Below, in pieces: positions 11,405 through 21,400 of a stretch of 47,461 bases of DNA. Source of the DNA: Prasinococcaceae sp. CCMP 1430 (taxonomy: Eukaryota; Plantae; Prasinodermophyta); contig RQSC01000008.1 in assembly GCA_013416795.1 (NCBI GenBank), positions 195,996-243,456 of the forward strand, given 5' to 3'. Each line of letters begins with the position of its first letter. Position 1 is the stretch's first letter. The notes beneath the pieces are model-generated. The model ran no database searches. It was given only the letters and a program-made list of their open reading frames with translations, and was not told the origin of the DNA. The position numbers and the translations under genes are program-made.

Positions 11405-12793
11405 TCACGGGCACTTCCTGTCGATGAGGTTGGCGCCGTGCTCGTCGTACTCTGCCTTGCTCATCCACATTTGTTGGAAGGAGCCGAGCGAGGCGAGGAT
11501 GGAGCCGCCCATCCATGAGGCGTGGCGGCGTTCGGCGCCCGATGCCGGCGACACCACGCGCAGCTTGATGCCCGGCGGCGCGTGGCTCCCCATTGCCTTC
11601 TCGAAGCGCTCGCGGAAGCCGCGCGCGCACGCACCACCGCCGACAAGCAGGATGTTGGCGAACATGTCGCGTCGCACGTCGGCATCGCACAGCGAGATGG
11701 CATCGAGGCACATGTCGGGCAGGCTGCGCGGTCCCTTGCCCGCCGCGCCGTTGTCCGGCGGCGTCGCCCACAGCGGCAGCTCCTTGAGCGCGGGCGCGTC
11801 CTCGAACGTCGAGTAGAGCGAGGGGTTGAAGTTGCACTCGGGGAGCTTGAAGCGCTCAGCGCCCATCTCAAGCGTCGTGCCGTCGGGCAGCTCATACGAA
11901 GCCGTCGGGACCGACTTCATCTCCTCGGCATCGAACGGCGACTCGCTCACCACGCAGACGCTCTCCTTCAAGTCGTGCATTATCTCCAGCTGCTTGTAGC
12001 GAGCGAAGGACGCGTGCACCTTTGACACGTCGACGTCGCTCACATCGTACTCCCCGGCGGCGTTTTCGACCTTCTTGAAGGCGTACCGTGGGCGCACGAC
12101 GACGCTCTTGGACTCGAGGTGCGCCAGGATGGCGGCGGACAGCGCCTCGCCGCCCATCGCTGTGCGCAGCGCGCAGCGCTGCAGCGCGTACCCATCATGC
12201 ACGGGCGTCACGCTCGCGCCGTTGTGGCCGACGTCGACCACCAGCCCCGTGGCGCGGCCTGTCGCGAAGCCCGCCAGCACCGCGCTCTTCCCGAGAAAGA
12301 ATGCCGGTACGTTGAACTGCTCGAATGCGAGCTCCGCCATCTTCTCACGCGTCTTGCTGTCCGACACAGTGGGCTCGGAGCACATCAGCGGATGCGCCGA
12401 CGCGTCACAGCCCAGCCGCTCGCGCAGCGCGTGATCCCACACCGCCTCGAGCGCGTCCCAGTCGGCCACCGTGCCGTCCTGCGCGAGCGGCGAGCTGAGC
12501 GGACAGTCGTCATGCCGGAGGCTTGCTGCGCGCGCGCCGACCCGCCACCTCGCCGCAGCAGCAGCGGGCGCGAGCTTGGGGGCTCCCGTGATCGCATCCG
12601 CGTCGGCCATCTCCTCGTCGCCGTCCGCACCCGCTGCGGCTGCCGCCTTCTCCTTGCCCTTGGCGCCACCCTTGCGCGATTTACTGGGGGCATCGGCGGG
12701 GCACACCACCGTCTGGAACGTCGCTTTCGGCGTGTCCTCACCCGCATATCCCGCACGTGTCGTCCACGAGCCCACGTCGAGGACGAGCGCTCC
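11405..12793 (-). CDS. ARP4: Nuclear actin-related protein 4 (ACTL6/BAF53-like); first exon not located
   Basis: GALVLDVGSWTTRAGYAGEDTPKA, HPLMCSEP..REKMAELAFEQFNVPAFFL, YELPDG, SWMGGSILASLGSFQQMWMSKAEYDEHGA..RKCP. CTCGCAG acceptor at 12794; upstream exon unresolved. Confidence 0.93.
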   Translation of the reverse strand, partial: GALVLDVGSWTTRAGYAGEDTPKATFQTVVCPADAPSKSRKGGAKGKEKAAAAAGADGDEEMADADAITGAPKLAPAAAAARWRVGARAASLRHDDCPLSSPLAQDGTVADWDALEAVWDHALRERLGCDASAHPLMCSEPTVSDSKTREKMAELAFEQFNVPAFFLGKSAVLAGFATGRATGLVVDVGHNGASVTPVHDGYALQRCALRTAMGGEALSAAILAHLESKSVVVRPRYAFKKVENAAGEYDVSDVDVSKVHASFARYKQLEIMHDLKESVCVVSESPFDAEEMKSVPTASYELPDGTTLEMGAERFKLPECNFNPSLYSTFEDAPALKELPLWATPPDNGAAGKGPRSLPDMCLDAISLCDADVRRDMFANILLVGGGACARGFRERFEKAMGSHAPPGIKLRVVSPASGAERRHASWMGGSILASLGSFQQMWMSKAEYDEHGANLIDRKCP

Positions 12794-13002
12794 CTGCGAG
12801 GGCGCGCATGCGCACGCGCACGCATGCGCGGCGCGTTCCCGCGCGTTCGCGCGTCAGCACGCACGCTCGGCGCGCGGCACACGGGAGGACGTCAAGATCC
12901 GCCCGATCGGCGCGAGCACACCGCCGCTCCCCCTCCTCTCCTCCCCGCGCGGGAGCGCGCCCGCCTGGCGCCTGCGTCGCAGTGCTGGCGGCCGAGGCCT
13001 GC

Positions 13003-14586
13003 ATGCGCTGGCTCGCGTCCACAGCTGAGGCCCAGCAAAGGCACGGTGGTGGCAGGGGCGATGCGCGGTGGCCGCGAAGTCGAGTCCCCGCGTGCGTGCC
13101 TGGCCACGGCCGCGGCCGCGGTCGTGGCGGCCGTAGTGGCGTCGGCAACGGCAGCGGTGGTGGCGGTCGAGGCACTGGCAACGGTCGCGGCCGCAGGCGT
13201 GGGGGCGCTGACGCGGCAACAAGGGGAGATGCCGGTGCCCACGAGAGAGGCGGCGAGACCGCGGCGCACGTGCGTCTTGCGGGCGTGCAAGGAAAGCCGG
13301 ATGAAGCGCACGCAAAGAGCGCTCTCAAACTGCACGGCGGCGGCCTGGTGCTGTCAGCAGCGCGCACGGCAGCAGCGGCCGCTGGCCGACCTATGTCTCC
13401 TATGCGCGGCGACGTCAGCGTCGACATCGACACGACGCGCGTGCAGCCGCGCAGTTCCGCGCCGCTCATGCTCAAGTGCACGGGATCGGAGCGCGCGGTC
13501 GACGCCGCAGCGGCGCTCCGCGGCATGCCCGCGCTGCGAGCGCTCTGGCTGGTAGCGCCCGCGCACATGCAGGCGAGCAACGGCGCCGCGCTCGCCCGCG
13601 CAGTGCACGAGCACCCTGGCCTCGACCGCCTCATAGTGCATCAGGGCCGAGGCCGGGCGGGTCCCGGCGTCTACGGTGCGCGCGGTGAGGGCTTCACGCT
13701 CGCGCATGTGGCCGAGGCGCTCGCAGGAGATGGCGAGCTCGTGGGGGCGCTGCGCAAGGTCACCGTGCATGGCGCGGCCGCCAAAGACGCCGCCTTGGGG
13801 CGCGTGACGCGTGACACGGCGAGGTCGGAGGGATGCGGGGGGGGGCGCTGGACGGACGCGCGGGCCGAGGACGCGCTCGCGCTCGCACTCGCCCTGCGCT
13901 CGCCCGCGTGCGGCCTCGAAGACCTCGCGCTAAAGACGTACGCGCTCTGTGCGGACGGCGAGCGCTCGCTCGCGTGGGGGCTGCGCGGCGCTCACTCGCT
14001 GCGGCGTATTTGCCTCGGGCTGGCACACACTACGAGGGGCGGCACCGATGCGCTGTGCAGCGCCCTTGGCGCCAGTCCCGCGTTGCAGGTGCTCACGTGG
14101 CGGCTGGGTGGCGTGGCCGACAGCAACGGAGCTGCGGCAGCGTCGCTCGCACGGATGGTGCGCTCCAACGCGACGCTGCGCGAGCTCAATCTCCACAACT
14201 GCGGCGACGAGGTCGCGCACGCGGTGGGCGACGCGCTCGAGACCGCGGAAAGCAGCTGCGTGCAGTCGCTTGGCTTTCACTCTGCCACGCTTAGTGACGA
14301 GGGCGCAATTGCGCTCGCGCGCGCGGTCGAGCGCACACCGCGCGTGCAGGCCTTCTACCACTCGGACAGCTTGCGCCTCACAGATGTGGGGGTGGAGGCG
14401 CTCTCGCGCGCGGTGGAGATCGCCAGGCAGCGAGCGATGCCCGCTGCGGACGCGAGCGGCGCGGGAGAGGCCGGCGCGCAACAAGCCACGGGATGCGATG
14501 GAAACGACGCGAGCGGTGGCGGCAGCTGGATAGGATCGCTCGCTCGCTCGCTCGGGCTTGGGCGTGGCATCAATCGTGGCACGTGA
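13003..14586 (+). CDS. RNI-like leucine-rich-repeat protein with Gly/Arg-rich N-terminus
   Basis: Repeats such as LEDLALKT, LRRICLGL, LQVLTWRL, SNATLRELNLHN, VQSLGFHSATLSDEGAIALARA, LTDVGVEALSRA. Start at ATG 13003 is a guess. Confidence 0.72.
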   Translation: MRWLASTAEAQQRHGGGRGDARWPRSRVPACVPGHGRGRGRGGRSGVGNGSGGGGRGTGNGRGRRRGGADAATRGDAGAHERGGETAAHVRLAGVQGKPDEAHAKSALKLHGGGLVLSAARTAAAAAGRPMSPMRGDVSVDIDTTRVQPRSSAPLMLKCTGSERAVDAAAALRGMPALRALWLVAPAHMQASNGAALARAVHEHPGLDRLIVHQGRGRAGPGVYGARGEGFTLAHVAEALAGDGELVGALRKVTVHGAAAKDAALGRVTRDTARSEGCGGGRWTDARAEDALALALALRSPACGLEDLALKTYALCADGERSLAWGLRGAHSLRRICLGLAHTTRGGTDALCSALGASPALQVLTWRLGGVADSNGAAAASLARMVRSNATLRELNLHNCGDEVAHAVGDALETAESSCVQSLGFHSATLSDEGAIALARAVERTPRVQAFYHSDSLRLTDVGVEALSRAVEIARQRAMPAADASGAGEAGAQQATGCDGNDASGGGSWIGSLARSLGLGRGINRGT

Positions 14587-14628
14587 CTGCCTTTGCACAA
14601 CATTAAAAATACGACATGAAAGACCTCG

Positions 14629-17600
14629 TCATTTCGCCTCGTACCAAGAGAGCGCCTTGTCCGAGTCAACAGCGAGCTCAACGGTGAGCTTGTTGACCAA
14701 TTCGCCGCTGCTCTCATCTCGGAAGGGGTGGCCCATCAGATGCACAAGCCGGCGCTGCGCCTCGTCCGCCGACTCGATGGGACCCTCGATGATGATCTCG
14801 TCGTGTACCTGCAGCAGCATTGTGTACCCCAGTTCGCGCAGCCGCGCGTCACTGGCCACCTCCACCATGGCCAGCGTGACGATGTCCGCCGCAGAGCCCT
14901 GGATGGGCGTGTTGATAGCCGCGCGCTCCGCGCGACCACGCGCGCCAGAGTTTTTGGAGGTGATGTCCGGCAGCGGACGTCGCCTGCCCAGCAGCGTGCA
15001 CACCGCACCGTAGCGCCGCGCCTCCTGCCGCATACGCTCCTGCCAGTCGCGCACCTCAGGTCGCGAGTCGTACCACGCCTTGACAGTATCTTCCGCCTCC
15101 TTCATGGACACATCCCAGTCCTTGGCCAGCCCATGCGCTGTCTTGCCGTACGCGATGGAGAAGTTCAGCGTCTTGGCCTTGCGCCGCTCAGCGCCGTACT
15201 TGTCCTTAACCAGCGGCGTGTTTGGGTCGCTCCCTGCCTCCTTCTCGAGCAAGCACGTGCCGTTCGCGATATCATCCTGTATGAACGAATACATGTTCAC
15301 TGCGGTGCGGCTGTGGAAGTCCCCGCCCGTAGCGAAGGCCTCCTTCATGGCGGTGCAGTCCGCGATGTGCGCGAGGATGCGGAGCTCGAGCTGGCCGTAG
15401 TCGGCGACGATTAATGTGTTCCCAGGTGAGGCGACGAATGCCCGGCGTATGTTGTAGCGGTCCTTCTCCAGCGCGGGCTGATTCTGCAAGTTGGGGCGGC
15501 GGCTCGACAGTCTGAAGGGGCAACAAGGAGAAAGAGCGGCAAATGTCAGCCCAGCTAACCACGCAAGCGCGCACGCTGCCACACGCGAAGCCACTCCAGC
15601 GGCGATGACGTACCTGCCAGTCTCGGTGTTCATGTTCAGGGACCCATGCACTCGGTCGTTCGCGTCGAGAATACCGTAGAGGCCCTGGAGGGGCATGATG
15701 AAGCTCTCGAGCAGCGTATTAATAGCAGAAACCTGCACGAGCGCGCGCACGGCCGTGCACGCCTCCTCTCCCTCCTTGCGGGTCTTGAAGGCGTCAACGA
15801 GCGGACCGGGCTTGTCCTCACTCCCCGCAAGCATCTACGCGTACCATGTGGCCAATCGCAGCGCTAGTCAGATCGAGTATCGGACGAGCACGCGGCGCGG
15901 CGCCAGCACACTTGCACACACAAGACAGCGAACCGCGCGCACCTTGAGCACCGGCGTGCTCATCTGTGGCATGCCGGTCTTGGTGAAGGCCACCGGCTGC
16001 AGGGTAGGCTCGGTCACGCGCCTCAGCTCAACTTTGTTTGGAATGCCATCGCTCTCTGCAGTCTGCACGGCCTTCGCAAGCAGCTTCACGCGATCCTTCG
16101 TTCGCTCCCTCTCGCGTTCCTCGACACTCATTTCTAGGAGCGACTTGGACGACTTCGGCTCGGCTATTTCAGCGGCGTGCGCCTCCACAATGGCTTTGTT
16201 TTCACGAAGATACTTCGCAAGGTACTCCTCGACCTCGGCATTGACCTCGGGGGAGAGCGCAGGTGCGAACCCCTTGGCGTCGGATGCGGTCGCATCGTTC
16301 GCCGCGCTGTTGCCCACGATTGAGGCAGAGTCCGCGTCGTGATGCTGCAGCGGAGGCGCATCAAAGTCGTACTTTTGGACGACCTTTGGGTCGTGTAGTG
16401 ACTCCGTGGTGCCCCATGTGGTGGGTTCAATTTGCGTTTTGCGGCGCACCTCCCGCTCCTTTTTGTCGTAGGCACCGGCAGCCTTCTTGTACGCGGCTTT
16501 CGTGAGCGCAACGCTCGCCCTGCAACTCTTGACCATTTCCTTCGCGCGCGCCAGGCGATCCTCGCATGCTTCGACCTCGAGCACGAGCGCCTCGACGTCC
16601 GGGACGGCACCTTGCGCCTCCGGTGATGCAGCAGACACGGCGCCCTTCCTCGCCTGCTGTCTCGCGTTTCTCGCCTCCCTGTCTGCCCGCTGCTTCGCCA
16701 TTCTCGCCTCCTTCTTTGCTCCAGTAAGCCCTTCTTTTGCTGCCTCCTGCCGCTTCTTGGCTAGCTCAAGCTCCTGCTCGTCAATGGCTAGCTCGCGCGC
16801 CGCTGGGTGCACGGCGGGCGCGAGCTCGTCAAGCTCGGGCATGAGCTTGGCTGCCTTCTCGGGGTTCGTCCACCCGCCGAAGAAGAGCGTCTGTAGCTGC
16901 AACGTGCTGCCCGAGTTCATGAAGAACGCGCCAGGTATGACTTTGTCCACCCATCTCCGGAAGACCAGCTCATTTTCAGTCAGATCCCTATCGGCGGCAG
17001 CCTGCTGCTCGCGCAGGTAGTCGGTATCGATGCGGAAGCCTGTGGCTTCCATGTCTGTAAGGATCTCCCCGAATGGCCTCCAGAGCGACACGTACAGGTC
17101 GTATAGCGTCGTACAGCCGCTAATGGCGGCGGCCTCGCGCCCGCTGAGGTCTTCGCCGTCGGGGAATTCGATCGGCTTGGACATGAGCAGCCGCGTGAGG
17201 CAAAAATGCAGGTGCCACGTCGCGCGCGCGTCGAGTAGCGCGTAGTGCACCCACTTCTCGCGTGCGTCAGGGTCCCACTGGATCTCGCGCATGCCAGGCA
17301 TGTACATGGTCTTGGCGAGCGTGCCGTCCTGCTTCACGTTATTCTTTGCGAAGAGCTCCTTCATAGAGACTTTTGGAGTCTCACTGGCAAACTTTTTGCC
17401 GACGATCGATGGGTCCCTGCTGAGGCTCGCTAGGCTGTACCCGCGCGCTGTCTCGCCGGCGGCATCTTCGCCCTCGGCGTGAAACGCGACGCTCGCGCGG
17501 CTGGCGTCGTACAGGCGCGCCATGTGCATTGTGTCACCGTAGAAGCCCGCCACGCGCACGCCTGCGCGCTCGAAAACGTGCCGGTCGAAGCCATAGTTGT

Positions 17601-18208
17601 GCCACACCTTCCGCACTGACGCGTCCTCGAGGTAGCCGCGGAATACCTCGAGCACCGCCACGCCATGCTCGCCGTCGGTGTCCACCCACACGCTCAGCGC
17701 GTCGTCCGCGACGCGCACGCCCGTGTCAGCGTCCTCAAACGCGGGTGGTGAGCCAGGGGTACCACCCTCGCCCGCCAACGCCTCGGGCAGCAGGCTGCTT
17801 GCGTGCACTGAGAAGCACACCATGTCGCCAGCGCACGCAGGCGAATCGTGCTGTATGTCGAGGCCGTCCACCTCTGTGTCGAGCGCCGCGACGCCCGCGC
17901 GGCGCGCGTAGAGCTCTCGCACAGCAAACTCGGCCTCCTCGACGGTGCGCACGTGCAGTGTTCCACACGCGACCGTGTCAACGGCGCCGCGCGGAGCGGC
18001 GTCCGACGTGTCTCTGGGCGCAGCTGCGTCCGGTGTGCGCGCCGGGCTGGCCGCCCGTGAGCGCGGCAGCGCACGGGCGGGGGAGCCTCCCGCTCGCGCG
18101 GGGCGCGTGGTCGAGGGCGCGGAGCGCGCCGTGTGCCACCACAGCGAGCCGCCCCCGCCCGCGCCACCGCTGCTCCCGCCGCCGCCACTGCTGCTCGGGA
18201 AAAAACAT
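14629..18208 (-). CDS. POP: Plant organellar DNA polymerase (family A, POP/PolI-like) with 3'-5' exonuclease; introns 15835-15942 and 15512-15613; start uncertain
   Basis: Exo motifs ALDTEV, KVWHNYGFDRH, GDTMHMARL, YALLDA. Pol motifs TETGR|LSSRRPNLQNQP, ADYGQLELRILAH, DFHSRTA, RRKAKTLNFSIAYG, AINTPIQGSAADI, LQVHDEII. The second intron is an in-frame 102 nt. Confidence 0.95.
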
Positions 18209-18438
18209 TTCCTAAGAATTTACACAAAAATGTGTCTCAAGAAAAAATAGCGGGCTGTTGCCGCAGTCCAGCAGCGCAGCACCCGAGGCAGAGCGCGCGC
18301 CGCAGGCGCGCGCCCCGCTGGCGCCCGCTGGCGCCACCCCAACGACGTCCGCCCAACTGCTACAGGCGCGCTCGCCGCTCTGAAGCGCTGCGCTCGCGGC
18401 GGCTCTCCCTTCCTCGTGCGCACGCGCGCCAGTCTTCC

Positions 18439-21400
18439 ATGGCGGACTGCGTGGCGTCCGAGGCAGAGCTGAGCGTGGACGCGCTCCTCGCGCTGGACAG
18501 CAGCAGTAGCGACGACGAGCGCAGCGAGGGTGGGGAGGGCGGTAGCCCTGGCGCCAGTGTCGGCGCTGGCGCAGGTGCCAACGCAGATGCAGGCGCTGGC
18601 GCAGAAGCAGGCGCGGACGTGGGCTCGGGTGGTGTGGGCGATGCGCTGCGGACTGGTCTTCAGGCTGAGGGCATGGGCGTCGGGACAGCGGAGCTGTTCC
18701 TGGATGACCTGCTGCTGAGCAGCGAAGGCGAGTACGAAGAGGAAGGAGACCGAGAGGATGGGGTCGGTGCGCGCGCTGGCGTGCCCACCGAAGCGTCGCT
18801 GGCATCTGTTGAGCAAGAGAGAGACCAAGAGGATCCTCCCCCGCTCGTGAACCCATTCACTGGTGCAGCAACACCGACCAGGGCGCTCGAGGTGACGCGC
18901 ACGGCCGGCGCCACGGTATCCAGGGTTGCTGAGCGCGACTCCTCAGAGGTAGCCGTGAGCGATGGAGACAACCCGTTCACACGCCTCGCGAGCACGCAAA
19001 TCACGCAGTCGCGAGAGCCTCAGCCACAGACACAAACACAGACGCATGCGCAGGTGCACAAGCTGGCGCTAGCAAGCTCTCGCATGACAAGCAACGCTAC
19101 TAGTCGTCTGCCAACCCGCCCGCCGCCGTCAGGCGTGTTCGGTGACGCAGCCATTGCGCAGGCGCTGCGTCGGCGGCGTGGCAGCGGCGGGGAAGCGTCG
19201 TCGTCGCCACCACGCGCGCGTCCGCGCCCGCGCTCACCCCTCCTCGCAGCGGAAGAGCCCGGCAGGCGTGGAAGCATCGACGAAGGCACAGGAAACGCGG
19301 CAGCGCTCTTTCACCGCTCGCCGTGCAAAGCGATGCTCGCGGCTGAGGAGCGCGAGCGAATGCTCGCTGCAGGCGCGGGCGCGCTACGTCCCGGTGAGGG
19401 CGTCAGTGACGGGGGCGCGGGTGGACCTGCAGACGGGCCGGGCGATCCTGGTCATGCTGGTGCGTTCGCAACACTACTACGCGCGCCTGCGCTGCTGCCT
19501 TCGGCAGTACGCCTCGAGCCTGCAGGAGCGCTTGCGCACGGCGTGGCGCACGCTGGACGGGCTCTCGGTACGCCAGTTTGCGTGGGGGCTTGCGCTGCGA
19601 CGGGATTTGTGGCTGTGGGCGGCTCGTCGGGTGTGGTACTGGTTGGCGACCCTGATGCTCCCGACGGCGAGGCCGCAGCAAGCAGCACCAAGCTGCTCGG
19701 TGGGCAAGGCGGCGGCGCCGCCGCTGCAGCCGCCGCTGCAGCATCGTGCGTTGCCTTTGATGCAGATGGTGATATGCTGCTTGTGGGCCATGCCAGCGGC
19801 CAGGTCGCAATATGGGACGTGGCACGTGGCGTGCTGTTGCGACGCTCGGGTGGCGCGCAGGGCGGTGGCAGCGGCGCTGAGCATCGCGTGGCAATCACCT
19901 CGGCGGCATTCGTCTCCCGGCATGTATCAGGAGCCAGCGGCGTGGTGCTCACTGCAGATGCGAGCGGTGTGGTGCTGCAGCACACACTGACGCTCAACCC
20001 GTTTCTCAAGCGCCTTACCGCCAAGACAGAGTGCCTGCTCGATGGCAAGAAGGCAGGCGCTGTGCCACTCGTGCTGCCTTGCATGACGAGCGACGCCGAA
20101 GAAGCGCTCGCCGCGGCTGTCGCGGCCAGCACCAACGGTGCACACGTGGATGGTGCGCCATCGGCCCCTGCAGGAGTGGGTGGACGGCAGGCGTCGCTCG
20201 CGTCAGTGTCTGCCGCGCATGCGCGCGGGCTTTGTGCTATTTTCACGCTCAAGAGCGTGATGTTCGTGCGCCTCTTCCCGTCGGTGGAAGTATGCACGGT
20301 ATGGCGCAGACCTGATGGCGTACGAGAGGGTGCGGTGCCATACGCTAGCTGGCGCGTGGCGGAGGATGCGTATGGCAGCGATGGCGGTGGCAGTGCCCTG
20401 CCTGCATTGCAACTCGTGGTCGCATGGGGAAAGATCGTCACGCTCCTGGGCATCGAGACCAGCGGCGGCTTCGAAATGACGGCCCTGTCCAGCTGGGAGC
20501 TGGGCTTTGAGGCCGCTGGCGTTCAATGGCTCGAAGGTCGCTCACTGTGCGTGCTTTCAGCCTCGGGGCTACTTTCGGTACACGAGCCCATCAGTGGTCT
20601 CGAGGTTGCGACGCACGACTTCGGTGAGGCCGCCGTGGGGGATTTGGCGTACCACGCTCACGTCGCGAATATTTATGGCAATCCTGAGCGCGCATGCCAC
20701 GGCGCCAGCGCTCTGGGCTCAGTGGGGCCGTCAACTGGTGCTCAGAGGGTGTATGTCCTGGGCAGCACCAGCGGCATCGTCGCGGGTTGGCTGCGTCCCT
20801 GGGACGAGCTTTGCGCGGCGCTTGCTGCGGGCGTCGGCGTTGAGCGCGAGGGAGGCACTGACGTGCAGGACGCAGGGCAGACAGTTGGCGCGGGAGTGGG
20901 TGCAGCCCTCGCGCTCGCGGCAGAGATCGCGTGTGGCGAGCCTGCACGTACCTGTGCTTGCGCCAAGCTTCCGCGAGACGCTGACGAGCTCGCCAAGCGG
21001 CTAGCGCCAGCGCTGCGTGCGATGAGCGCGGCATTCGCTGGCGAGGCAATCAGCCGCGCGCAGTCAGGGGCGGTGGGGAACAGCGGCAGCGGAAGCGAGG
21101 GAGCTGCCTCTGCCGCGGACGCTGCGTCCGCTATTGCCGGGTTTTGCCTTCGCCCGGGCCGCCCGATGCGCGTTGCCGAAACGCTGCGCCATGCCCTCTT
21201 TGAAGACGTTTACGCGCAATTCGAAGGGGCAGGTGCCGCCGCAGAACTGCTGGACGCGCTCGAAGCGTGCGTTCTTGCCGGAACAGTATCATCGCTCCCC
21301 CCAGAGCTCATGCAGGCACTGGTCGAGCTGCGAGCGGGCCGTGGCGAGGTGGCGCGCGTTGAGGCCGCCGTCCTCAACATGGACATTGCCTCGCTTGACT

